Of a stretch of 64,000 bases of DNA, positions 49,290 through 64,000 are shown one piece after another (positions within the stretch are counted from its first letter, which is position 1; each line of letters starts with the position of its first letter). The notes beneath the pieces were generated by a model. It searched no databases. It saw nothing but the letters and a program-made list of their open reading frames with translations, and was not told the DNA's origin. This DNA is from Takakia lepidozioides (Eukaryota > Plantae > Bryophyta): contig CM060733.1 of NCBI GenBank assembly GCA_030704615.1, positions 31,682,001 to 31,746,000 of the forward strand, written 5' to 3'. The position numbers and the translations under genes are program-made.

Positions 49290-52200
49290 CTTGCCGTCCC
49301 TTTTCCTTCTTCTGCTACCAAAATAAACTCTCAGACTTTCTCCCCGACCGTGTTTTCAAATAAGCACTCTCCACCTCGCCCGCATATTTCTTTTGGGTCT
49401 GTCAACCACACAGATAAGCAAAGGTTAGTCGCCGGAAGCTTTCCAATTCGAGAATCCACACAAGAGTACCAATTACCGCAAGAGCTTCAAGCCCTTGCCG
49501 TGGAGCAGACAGCAGACCGGAGACAACACAGGGCTGGTGCGCGGGACGACCGAGCACGGGATCTGAAGAGCAGTTCCCGCGCTCTGTCGGGGCCAATGGG
49601 AGATCGAAGCTTCACATCCGTTCTGTTTCATTCATCCATCCGTGACGGGTGTGCAGCAACGTTTACTGAAGGATTTTCCCCGCTGTCGGAATATTTGGCT
49701 CTCCAGATACGCGTTAGCCTAACGACATTAGAGGCCAGCGTTTCCAGTAGTAAAAGGAAGGAAAGAGAGACGAAGCTGTGTGTCTGCGTTTGTCCCCACC
49801 ATCTCTCTTCATTGCGCACAACTGGCCACAGCCCCACTCTTTACTCTCCATCATTGCTTCCTGCAGTGATCTCGTGTTTTGCAGCAAAGAAAGCTTGTCT
49901 TTGCTCCTTCTTCCAGCTGGCCTGCAAATTTGTCAGCCTGCACTCCTTCAAGCTTGCGGAAGGAACACTGCACAGCTACTCCACAGCTGCAGGAGAGCTG
50001 CAGGCGGCCTCATGAGCTTGTACAAAAACGAAGGGCACATGCTGTGATAGATTCACTGGACTGCTGGCCACAGGTGATCGTACTCAATCAAATAGAATCC
50101 TGGAGGCCATGCGTTCATCTTTGCGATCGCATCAGCCCAAGTTGCAGTGTGAAGTCTAAAAACCTGTTCAGATTGTGTACCTTCTGACAGGACAGTGAAA
50201 CTGAATGCTCAACATGTATGGCTCCTGTTATACCGGATCGTGAGTAGAGTATCAATCGAAGATGAGTAGACAGTTGGTAGTTAACTACTAGAGAGGTTGG
50301 TGAGTACCTGAGAATTGGCGTTTCAGCTACCTGCTTGCACCCTCACACATGAATACTCACTTTAGTACAACTGAGAAATTTGATCCTTGTAGAGGTGCCG
50401 GCATACGAGATGGGTACGATGGCAAGGACCACACTGCCGGGTTCAGGGTTTCCCGCTCCGTCGGGTGCATTGTCTAGTATTCAGATGTCTAGTTGACTGC
50501 TCAATTTGCATGTAGAACACCTAAGCTCGAAAAGAGCGATAGAGAAAGAAACGGAATGGTACTTTATGGAAGAGTGGGGCCCTCGATCACAAGCAGCCCG
50601 AAAACAACATTGATCAAGGGATCGCCTCATGCAGATCTAAGCATCTCTAATCATTGGAATGGAACACCTAAGGTGTGAGAGATTGGCCATCTCCGAATAT
50701 ACAACGTCTGTAGTACCTCCTACGGATCTCACAGGAAGAAAGGACAGTGAAAGAAGAAATGTTCTTCGCACGTTTTCGATTTCCCTCCTGTTATCCAGAG
50801 CAGGCGGTCCTCACCTTGCCCCACCTACCAGTCCTGTCATCACGGAGGACCAACACCTGACCAACACTATTGTCTGCCGATAGAACTGCAGTTTGGTTGT
50901 AAGATACTGACGTGAAGTTCCATCACCTCCCGTCTGATGCATTTGTTGCAGGACCATGCTTGGACGAAAGAAAAACGACTTTATAATGTCCACAGGAAGC
51001 TCAGAGCATTTACGGGACGAACTATAACAGGAAACAAGAAAGACAGTGAGGCCTTGATACCGTCACGAGGGCGGACTCACTGCTGAAAAGGAGCTCTAAT
51101 AAGTATATCATTTACATCAAACGACGCGGTGTCATAGTCTTGATTCTGTTGTACCAGGACAAGTCGAGAACGTTATTTCGTATTTGAAGCAACTACTACT
51201 AGGTATTGCATAAATCTTCACGATCGTTTGCTGAGGAAACAGCTCATGAAAAGCTTTGGATATACATGGTTCGCGGGAATGGAAGCGAGAAGACTTACGG
51301 TTTCTTCCAAAGCTTGGTCCACTGCTGAGTTCAGATGTACTTTCTGCGATTTCATCTTGGTTGACAAGAAGAAAGCGCACGAATCTTTACCTCATGATCC
51401 CACGAAACCCTCACCAAAGCAGTGGACTGCACACTGCACACGCGACGAGGCAGACGATGGCATGCACGACATCCGTTTATAAAAGTGTTAAAAGAAGATC
51501 GGTAACAATCTCCTGCTGGTATTGAAAGTTCTTCGTCGTTATCATAAGTTAATAACCAGAACGTTTGGTAACGAATTATTTAGTAATAGTGAATCTCTGT
51601 TATAGTCATAAAACATATTCTTTACTGGACCAGATATTACCTAGTGTAGTTTCGCCACATTTCGCCACTCCATTTGTCTGCGAAACTCCGGGCTTCCTGT
51701 GAGAGCGAGGGACGTAGTGGAAGGAAAGGAACAAGTCCATGACTTTCACGAAGAGAGAGAAAAGGAGAACGAGAAGCAACGAGCATCGGGAGTCGCTTGT
51801 GATGAGGCGGAGGTTTTATGCTGAGAAAGAGAGATGAAGAAAATGCTTCTGATTTTTCTTATTGCATGAGGCCCGGATTTTTTTGAGCGGTTAGTATCCT
51901 CTGTTGTTCTGGTATTTTCTTGCGTCGAGAAGTGACACACACACCGCTTCACTTTGAGGGGAGAAAGAGGAGAGGAGGAGAAGATAGAAGTTTTGAAAGT
52001 TGTTTTGTTGTGTGATGTAAGTACCGCTTCACTGGAGTGGTTCTGACGGGAAAAAGGGAGGGGAAGAGGAGGAGATAGGAATTTGAAGTTATTTTTCAAA
52101 AAATGGGGAGTGTGCGCAGAGAACCGCAGGGGAAACTGACTCACAGGAAAACGTCTGCCAGTTAATTTAGTATCTTACACTCACAGCTCCAACTCGTATC

Positions 52201-52311
52201 GTGCAGTATTAAAACACTCCTCTGGAGTCTTCCATTTTCGGGCTCAGGGCAGAGTGGCTAAGAGAGAAGGAGCGAAAAGAAGTTTGAGGCAGGTCGACTG
52301 GACCGCATTCT

Positions 52312-55937
<3,626 letters not shown>

Positions 55938-56177
55938 ACTTGGCCCTCTTTGGACATTTTCTCTGTTTTCTTGACTGGTCTAGCAGGCCACTTTCCAAGG
56001 TCACACTTCGTGATACTGGATAGCCAAGTCATATTGGTAATAAAGGCATCAGTTGGGGAGTCTTAGAAGCCCGTGATCGACTGAAGCCTGCACAATCATA
56101 GTTAGACCATTTTTTTTCTGGGAGGCCAAGATTCTGATAGAAAGGCCTCGCCTTGGCCTAGAATTGTCCACTTACTA

Positions 56178-56400
56178 TCACCAATAATCCCACAAGAACA
56201 TACCCTCTCTTTGAAGTGATGGAAGTGGTTCACAGCCCTTGCAACGATTTCTCAGTCGACAATCTTTGAGCTGAACTTGGTGACAGTGTGGCAGTCATCA
56301 CATATCTGTAGGTTCGATGTGCTGATGAGCCCAAAAGAAATGGCCAGCCTTTCACTGTGGTGGCAGAGAGACCATTCCTTTGTCTGCTGATCCAAATCAT
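56178..56400 (-). pseudogene. Decayed, out-of-frame DYW deaminase domain of the PPR gene
   Basis: [61 protein letters not shown], with frameshifts, a deletion and an internal stop. Confidence 0.85.
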
Positions 56401-59400
56401 CGTGTTTTAAACACATACCCTGCTTCCTTCATCTGCATGGTCAAGTTCTCCGACTTATCATCCATCACACCTCTGTCCTCCATCACACTGCTCACCTTCG
56501 CTACGTCATCCCACCTTCCAGCTGCAGCATAAATGTTAGAGAGCTGCATATATGCTCCAACATTTAGTAGTTCCAATCTGAGCTCACATTCTGCAGCACG
56601 TTCTGCTCGCTCCACATTGCCATGTATTCTGCAGGCACTGAGCAAGGCCCCCCAAACTGAAGAGCCGGGTTCACATGGCATTTTGTTGATGAAGTCCTCT
56701 GCCTCATCCAAGAGGCCTGCACGGCCAAGAAGGTCAACCATGCAGCCACAGTGCTGTATGGTTGGTGTGATTCCATGATCTACACTCATGGAATGAAAAT
56801 AGTGACAACCTTCACCCACTAGGCCCACATGGCTGCATGCAGAGAGAACACCAATAAATGTGACCGCGTTTGGCTTCACCCCTTCCTGTTGCATCTGGTC
56901 AAAGAGTTGGAGGGCCTCCTTGCCATGCCCATGTTGAGCATAGCCCGCAATCATCGCAGTCCAGGAGACCACATTTTGTTCGGGCATTTTGTCAAACACT
57001 TGGCGTGCATCCTTTAGACTCCCACACTTTGCATACATGTCCACCAGGGCGGTCCCCAACTGGACATCTGACACGAATCCAGATTTGATAAGGAGGGCAT
57101 GAACCCACTTGCCTTGTTCCAGGACTGCTAGACTTGCACATGCATTGACAATGCTAGTGAAAGTGACCTCATCAGGCTTCATGCCATCTTGTTGCATTTT
57201 CTGAAAGAGTTTGAAAGCCTCCCTGCCATACCCATGCTGAGCATATCCTGTAATCATTGCATTCCATGAGACCACATCTCGCAGAGGCATTTGATCAAAA
57301 ACCTGGCGAGCATCCAACGCACTTTTACACCGGGCATACATGCTGACAAGGGCTGTCCCCACACATATGTCTGACTCAAATCCGGCCTTGATTATGTGGC
57401 CATGCACTTGCTTGCCCTGATCCAGGTCTGCAGGGCTGACAAACGTGTTGAGGACACTGCTAAAGGTGGACTTATCAGGCTTCACACCTTCTTGTTGCAT
57501 TCGGCAAAACAATTCATAAGCCTCCCTACTGTACCCGTGCTGAGCATAGCCAGCTATCATCGCAGTCCATGAGACCACATCCCGTTCAAGCATTTTGTCG
57601 AACACCTGGTGTGCATCCACCACACTTCCACACCTGGCATACATGCTGACAAGGGCATTCCCAACAATGACATCCCACCTGAATCCACTTCTGATTATTA
57701 CAGCATGGATCTGCTTGCCCTGCTCCAAAGCTGCTGGGCTGGCACATGCAGTGAGGATGATAGTGAAAGTGATCTTGTCAGGTTCAATATTTTCATGTTG
57801 CATTTTCCAGAAGAGGTCCAATGCGTGTGCCCTTTGTCCTTGTTGGACATATCCTGTGATCATACCATTCCATGACACCACATCTTGTTTATGCATTCTG
57901 TCAAACACTCTGCGTGCATCCATCACACTTCCACACCTGGCATACATGCTGACAAGAGCATTTCCCACACGCACATCTGATTCAAAGCCACTCCTGATGA
58001 TGAGACCATGGATTGCCTTGCCATGTTCAAGGGCTGCCAAAGTGACACATGCACTGAGGATGCTAATGAAAGTGACCTTGTCGGGCTTGACCCCTTCTTC
58101 TTGCATTTTCCAAAAGACCTCAAAACTCATTCGATCATATCCTTGCTGAGCATAGCCAGTAATCATAGCAGTCCATGAGACCACGTCTCGTTTAGGCATT
58201 TTGTCAAACACCCGGTGTGCATCCACCACACTTTCACACCTAGAATACATACTGACAAGGGCAGTTCCCACACGAACATCCGACTCAAGGCCAGCTTTGA
58301 TTATGTGGGCATGGACTTGCTTGCCCTGCTCGAGGTCTAATAGGCTGGCACATACATTGAGAATGCTAGTGAGCGTGACCATGTCAGGCTTCACGCCTTC
58401 TCGTTGCATTTGCCAAAAGAGGTTAAATGCCTCGGCAGCATTTCCTTGCTGTGTATATCCTGCAATCATTGCATTCCATAAGACGACATCTTGTCTAGGC
58501 ATTCTATCAAACACTTGGCGTGCATCTACCACACTTCCACACCTGACATACATGCTGATAAGGGCAGGAACATCCAACCCAAATCCAGCTTTGGTGATGT
58601 CAGAGTGGATCCGCTTGCCCAGTTGGAGACCTGCTGGGCTGCCACACACATTGAGGATGCTACCGAAAGTAATCTTATCAGGCTTTACACCATCTTGGAG
58701 CATTTGTTGAAACAGTTCAAATGCCTCTTCATCTTCCCCTTGCTGAACATATCCTGCAATCATTGCATTCCATGATATCACATCACGTTTGGTCATCGCC
58801 TCAAAAACCAGGCGTGCATCCACCACACTCCCGCACCTAGCATACATGCTGATAAGAGCATTCCTCATGCGAACATCTAGCTCGAAGTCACTGTTAATAA
58901 TGCGGCCATGGACCCACTTGCCCTGTTCCAATGCCACTGGACTGGCACATGCATTGAGGATACTCACAAAGGTGATCTTGTTTGGCTTAACACCTTGTTG
59001 TTGCATCTCCCAAAAGAGTTTGAAGGCATGTTCACAATGCCCTTGTTGAGCGAATGCTGTGATCATGGCAGTCCATGAAACCACGTTGCGATTTGGCATT
59101 TTGTCGAACACTTGAAGTGCATCCTCAACACTCCCACACTTGGCATACATGCTTACTAGGTGGTTCCCTAAGAAGACGTCTGGCTCAGCACCACTTAGGA
59201 CAATGCGGGCATGGACCTTCTTGCCATCCGCCAGGGCTTTCATCTTGGCACACCCCTGCAAGAGACGAGCATAGGTGTCGGAGCATGTGCGAATGCCTCG
59301 CTTATCCATAAGATCCAAAACGTGCAATGCCTCCTTCAATCGTCCCTCTTTGCACAGCTCAACAAGAGTGCTGAAAGACTCCACGTTGCATCCTTCCATC

Positions 59401-59510
59401 TGCTGTTGTCCTCTCGATCTTCCAGTAAAAGGAGTGGTGATGAAACCTTCGCCACCACTCTGCTGCCCCACAGACAACCGCGTCTGATTCCAGGATGGAA
59501 ATCCCACCAT
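56397..59510 (-). CDS. PLS-class pentatricopeptide repeat protein with E domain (organellar RNA-editing-factor type), intronless CDS
   Basis: Many P-L-S triplets ([13 protein letters not shown] / [12 protein letters not shown] / [13 protein letters not shown]) and E1/E2 ([25 protein letters not shown]). Likely ATG at 59510, just after a 5' intron (59848-59512). Confidence 0.9.
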   Translation of the reverse strand: MVGFPSWNQTRLSVGQQSGGEGFITTPFTGRSRGQQQMEGCNVESFSTLVELCKEGRLKEALHVLDLMDKRGIRTCSDTYARLLQGCAKMKALADGKKVHARIVLSGAEPDVFLGNHLVSMYAKCGSVEDALQVFDKMPNRNVVSWTAMITAFAQQGHCEHAFKLFWEMQQQGVKPNKITFVSILNACASPVALEQGKWVHGRIINSDFELDVRMRNALISMYARCGSVVDARLVFEAMTKRDVISWNAMIAGYVQQGEDEEAFELFQQMLQDGVKPDKITFGSILNVCGSPAGLQLGKRIHSDITKAGFGLDVPALISMYVRCGSVVDARQVFDRMPRQDVVLWNAMIAGYTQQGNAAEAFNLFWQMQREGVKPDMVTLTSILNVCASLLDLEQGKQVHAHIIKAGLESDVRVGTALVSMYSRCESVVDAHRVFDKMPKRDVVSWTAMITGYAQQGYDRMSFEVFWKMQEEGVKPDKVTFISILSACVTLAALEHGKAIHGLIIRSGFESDVRVGNALVSMYARCGSVMDARRVFDRMHKQDVVSWNGMITGYVQQGQRAHALDLFWKMQHENIEPDKITFTIILTACASPAALEQGKQIHAVIIRSGFRWDVIVGNALVSMYARCGSVVDAHQVFDKMLERDVVSWTAMIAGYAQHGYSREAYELFCRMQQEGVKPDKSTFSSVLNTFVSPADLDQGKQVHGHIIKAGFESDICVGTALVSMYARCKSALDARQVFDQMPLRDVVSWNAMITGYAQHGYGREAFKLFQKMQQDGMKPDEVTFTSIVNACASLAVLEQGKWVHALLIKSGFVSDVQLGTALVDMYAKCGSLKDARQVFDKMPEQNVVSWTAMIAGYAQHGHGKEALQLFDQMQQEGVKPNAVTFIGVLSACSHVGLVGEGCHYFHSMSVDHGITPTIQHCGCMVDLLGRAGLLDEAEDFINKMPCEPGSSVWGALLSACRIHGNVERAERAAECELRLELLNVGAYMQLSNIYAAAGRWDDVAKVSSVMEDRGVMDDKSENLTMQMKEAGYVFKTR

Positions 59511-60659
59511 CCTGCAAAGAGAATTTGAAGGGAATCTATAGTTGGATACGATTACTGCATACAGTCGCAATAAAACATAACCATGACGTAAATCTGTACG
59601 TACTTCAAAGATTGTTTTTCGCAAGAAAAAGGTCTTCAACACGTTCTTATTCTGGGTTGCATTCGAGCTGTACTAGAGCTCATTGCTATAATCCAAAAAC
59701 TACAATAGGAGTGGAATCTGAGGGTACCTAGAACTCCACGTACTTTTTTGGAAGCTTGAACGAGCCATAGGGCCATACAAGGATCTTTAATCTCTTGCAT
59801 ACCGACCATATCCCAGATCCTTCATAGGAAAGGAAGGGAGGAGAATTACCTGCAAGAAATTGTCTGAACAGATGAGAACCTGAAATTCTATGTACAGACG
59901 TAGGAGCGACTAAACACTGGTGCCCATTCTCATAGACTAGTGAGTGTCTTCCTCAACTCTGCCCATCGTCTTAATTACCACCCTCCCACAACCATCTCTC
60001 AACAGTCAAAGAGCCTCACCCAACTTCGCCTAATATTGCCATGCAAAAGCAGCAACACAGAGCTTTGACCCAAGAAATCACAAGGAAGAATTGCTCCGGG
60101 AAAAGAAGCATCTTAAGATCCAGCTCTCACCATCAAAATATCTCGTGGGTTGTGAATCCTTCACTGTTTGCTACACTGCCGCTCCCATCACCACCATCAT
60201 CGTCATCATCCCCTGAACCGCTTAATCTAACTTTGTAATAACCGGGATCTTGGTAGCTAATCGAGATTGGCCTAAACGCTTGGCTTTCGGGCTTTCCTTT
60301 TCTTTTTGGTTTTTGCATTACTCGTGTCTTCTTCTTCTTCTTCTTCTTAGGAGAACAGGGGACAAGATTTTTTTAAGAACAGGGGACAACGGCCTTGGAG
60401 CAGCTGTAAATTGCGAGGAAAAGACGAGGAGAAAATAACCTCGTGAAAGGAACGGTGAGGGCTCTACAATGGGGCAAGGGGCAAAAAGAACCCAGAATGA
60501 AGAGAGGGGCAAAATGCGAGAGAGACATCAGAATCGCGACTACTACCCCACTAACAGATGGAACAAGAAATATAACCGCAAAAAAGCAGACAGCTCTTCA
60601 AAGGACGCAGCCGGGATTGGCGATGTCACTGCAAGGGTATAGTTCAAGAGCTTCCGTGA

Positions 60660-60754
60660 TGAACGGGCCGCGTTGGCCGATTCTGCCCTGTAAGCGGCCT
60701 TTGGGCGAGCCCTAGGCCGCGCACAGGGCAGAGTCGGCCAACGCGGCCCGTTCA
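60660..60754. repeat. Long GC-rich inverted repeat (41-bp arms, 38/41 identical, 13-nt spacer)
   Basis: TGAACGGGCCGCGTTGGCCGATTCTGCCCTGTAAGCGGCCT (60660-60700) versus the reverse complement of 60714-60754. The spacer contains GGGC-GA-GCCC. Confidence 0.95.
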
Positions 60755-61154
60755 CTGGCGTTAAAAGCAGGTTGTGGCGTATTCTCGCCGCCACTTGGTG
60801 CAATATGATTGGGGTTCAATTATCCCATATCGATTGCCTAGATACAGAGCCCTGGAGAGGATATAAACGGGGCGAGCCTCCTTGAGAAGGTGCGTGAGGG
60901 CGCGCTGTTGGATGCTGATTGATGACATAGGCTGATTGGTTGGACTGCCGTCCTCCGAATCGCCAGTAGACGCTGGGCGGTCGATTCGGCCCGAGATTTA
61001 GTCTCAAAGTTGGCAGAGTACGCCACACCTGCTTTTAACGTCTCGATTGGCATATGCCCGGAGTGCACATGTCCTAACCTTGTGAAGATGCGAAATCTGA
61101 AAGAAGCGTACAAGCTTGTATACTGGATTTTTTTCTTCTGCGTCTCCGCTGCAG

Positions 61155-63963
61155 TGCTGACAGCCCCACAATTAATTGTCCTACTTTGAGTATGGACGAG
61201 GTCAGTGAAATCCTTCGCAATGATCCCTACATATGGTTGGAAGGGTCATTCATACCTAGGGGGCTTTATTCATCATTTGCTCTATTTCTGTTAGTTTATA
61301 GGACAGCAAAGGGGGTTGAGAGTCGCATCCAAAAAGAGATGACCGCTATAAGAAGGACTATAATGAGTGCTTTCGTGAAGCAGTTGAGAATTGCCGACCC
61401 ATCATTCGGACCGCAGTTTCTCCTGGAGATAAAAAAAACCATTATAACAAGCCAGGCAAGCCAGAAATGGCCCAGGAGAAGTTGCACAGGCTGTCTACCG
61501 CCGTTGTGTCTCCAGAACAAAAGGTGAAGTGGCTGCAGATATGGAACTCCGATCCCACAGTTAGGGATACCCACATGTTCCCAAGGCCGGAGAAAGAGAA
61601 GAAGACCCAGCGTGTCATTCCTGTCAGTGACAATGTGCTGGACACCTGGCTTCACAAGGCCACTTACTGGAGCCAGGTGTGATGTCCTTCCCTGTGTCAC
61701 TGTCTTTTCTCTTTTCCTGTCCTTATCTTTCTATTGCCTCTTACATTCGCTGTGATTGCTTTTGGTTTCATTCTTGCATTTGTATTGTTTTGCAGTTGGA
61801 AGAAAGGGCCAGATCGGTTCTGCATACTCAACTGGCTGACTATGGCATCAGTATGATAGCACCGAAGGTGTCCTTCGAAGCATACATGAGGAAATGGAGA
61901 GCCACAGTGTGGCACTCTTGTTTCTTTAGAGAGTTCAGCAAGGAAGGTGGCATCAGTCGAACAAATGAGCTGGACCAGCAAGAAAAAGGAGAGGAAGCCT
62001 GGAAACGATGCCTTTACAGGTGTACACTCTTGCACTACTTATTTGTGCTGTGGTTGCAATGTGTTGTGTGGCATACTGTTTAAGGGGGTCTTCCTGGTGT
62101 GATGGAAAAGTTGCCACACAATATTTCCATTGTAAAATGAGACTGTCTCTGTTGCTGCAGGTACATAAAGTTTGTTCTCCTGGAAGAGAATTGCCTGGAC
62201 AAACATCCAGATTTCGTGGACCTGTGGCTTGTCCCTGCTGGCAACCAGACCATGTTCACTACTGGGATCTTGCATGACTGGGGCCCAGACCATCTTTCTT
62301 CTTGTGGTTGGTATTTGGATTGCCCTCCTTCTGAGACCCCAGCTCCAGAGGTGTCTTTGAGGAGAGAGAATGACCGTATTGCAGCCACTACCGCAGCAGC
62401 CGACCTCGACATTCATGAACGAAATTTGAGGACTCTTGCAGAGAAGGAGCCTCCCGCTCACGATAACCCAGGTAGAGGAAGAAAGGCAAAGGGAAAAGAT
62501 GTTGCTGGTGTTGTGGGGAAGGGAAGGGGTAGAGGGAAGGTGGCACAAGGGCAGGGAAGTGTTGCAGATATTGGCCCTGTGGAGCATGTCCAGCAGACTC
62601 CACCGCATGGTAGGGGATCCGGGAGAAAAAAACAAGGGGGTGGTTGATCCCAATGACCCGTACCATGCAGTGGAACATCCCACGAGGGTCATTCGCCCAA
62701 CCAGGTTGGAGATGGCCAACGTCGGGTTCCTTGCCATGATGGAGTCGAAGAAATCTGATTACAAGGGCGAGCCATCACCAGTGTGGGACAGGATTGTGCA
62801 ATTCCTCAGCACAGTGCGTGTTCTCTTTGGGTTCTGTGGCTTCTGTTGTTTTTGTCTGCTGTGGGCATGGATCGTTTGTAAACTTGTGAGAATTCCATTG
62901 TATTTTTGTTTGCAGGCTAAAATGACCAAATCCTGGGTGAACGGGAAGGAGAAGCCATATGCAGCCGAACTCATCATCTTGGACATCCCTGATGGGTTGG
63001 CAGTCCCGGATATCCCTCCATCGGGTGCTTGTCCGGGTTGGAATGCTTTTGATGAGCGCTATTGGCGGTGGGTTTTCTCCTTTTGCAACTTCTTCCTGTC
63101 CGATGCAGGTGTTTTGGTGCTCATCCAGTCCATCGACGGTCGGTGTCGCCGTGCACTTTCTAGCTATTTGAAAGCCTCGGGCATGAGAGTCGTGAAGACA
63201 TGGAATTGTATGAACAGCATGTACCTTACGAAGGGGGATCGCCCGGGAGAGATGGTGAGTTTGCCTTCTTCTTCCTCTTCTTGGTTGTTCTCCGATGGGG
63301 TTGTATAGGTCGCTCGAACTCATATGTAGGGGCCCGATTTTTTTTGCTTCTTAGTTCCTTGTGGATGTCATGTTCGCAGACCCGTCTGTTTGAAGCTGTT
63401 TGTCTCGTCCGGGTGCATCCACAAACGACTCCGGCCGGCATTACCGAGTTTGCCATCACTCATGGGGCCAAGTTCATAGATGACAGGACAGATCCCCCCA
63501 CGGATGACATGCATCACAACTACGTCGACAGCAACGTGTGCTTGCGAAGGGGGAATGGGGTTCCTTGGAGAGGGGCGAGGGAGAGGAGTCCGGCTTTCAT
63601 TCAAACGATTGTGGAGTGTTGTACCTACACAGACGCTAGAGTTCTGGATTTGTCGATGGGCACAGGTTCGTCTCTTCAACATTCACATTTCATGAGGTTT
63701 GATTGAGCTTGCACTTTCAGCACTTCCCACCGTTCCGAATGTGTCTTCAATGTCTTCTTCATTCATTCTATTCCACTGCAGGTGCTTCTTACCACGCTTG
63801 CAAGGCCAGTGCGCGACATGTCTTTGGGATTGAAGGGTATGCTGAGATTTACAAGAACCTCCTGATGGGTTTGGGTGGACACACTTCTCAAGTCCTTCCG
63901 AAGCCCCGTCCCGTTGATACTGATACAGAGGAGACTTCTGACAAGGAGCTGGACTGTGAGTAA
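61155..63963 (+). CDS. Multi-exon gene, possibly a pseudogene or TE-borne, ending in a beta-class N4C/N6A DNA methyltransferase-like domain
   Basis: Short GT-AG introns at about 61677-61795, 62020-62160, 62814-62915, 63254-63379 and 63667-63781. Spliced C-terminus: ELIILDIPDG (motif IV-like) ..FLSDAGVLVL.. ERSPAFIQTIVECCT (motif X-like) DARVLDLSMGTGASYHACKASARHVFGIE (motifs I-II). Two apparent frameshifts fall in homopolymer runs (~61435, ~62635). The 5' end is uncertain. Confidence 0.65.
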
Positions 63964-64000
63964 GTTCAACCTGTGCATGCTTTCATTGTTGTTTCAATAT

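Noticed and set aside
49182-50015. 277-aa plus-strand ORF
   Set aside because: No recognisable motifs, non-ATG start, and it overlaps the importin first exon and 5' region antisense; likely a chance ORF.
56533-59528. Many plus-strand ORFs of 60-184 aa
   Set aside because: Antisense shadows of the repetitive PPR coding sequence.
59511-59642. N-terminal extension of the PPR ORF to 59642
   Set aside because: Non-ATG start within a probable intron (acceptor TTTGCAG immediately before ATG 59510).

Overview
Plant nuclear genomic DNA with spliceosomal GT-AG introns. The PLS-class PPR genes and repeat types suggest a bryophyte, possibly a moss; this is inference only. Host genes: a CYP85-clan (CYP716-like) P450 (-) head-to-head with a GA20ox-like 2-oxoglutarate dioxygenase (+); an ~18-kb importin-beta-like gene (-) whose introns hold LINEs and a solo LTR; an N-terminal protein methyltransferase NTMT1 (+); and a long PLS-E PPR gene (-) with a decayed DYW domain. 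The first ~18 kb is mostly decayed transposons and pseudogenes: PPR fragments, a 2.6-kb TG..CA insertion carrying F-box/kelch fragments, a U2AF65 exon and a Copia gag. Two unrelated DNA methyltransferase domains stand out. (1) A decayed Ty3/Gypsy element (10434-17604) carries a DNMT3-like C5-cytosine methyltransferase in the same reading frame as its aspartic protease, and has an unusual A-B-A-B split-repeat layout. (2) An intron-containing gene at 61.2-64 kb ends in a beta-class N4C/N6A amino-methyltransferase-like domain and sits just downstream of a ~41-bp-arm CpG-rich hairpin. All calls were made by eye; exon boundaries are approximate.
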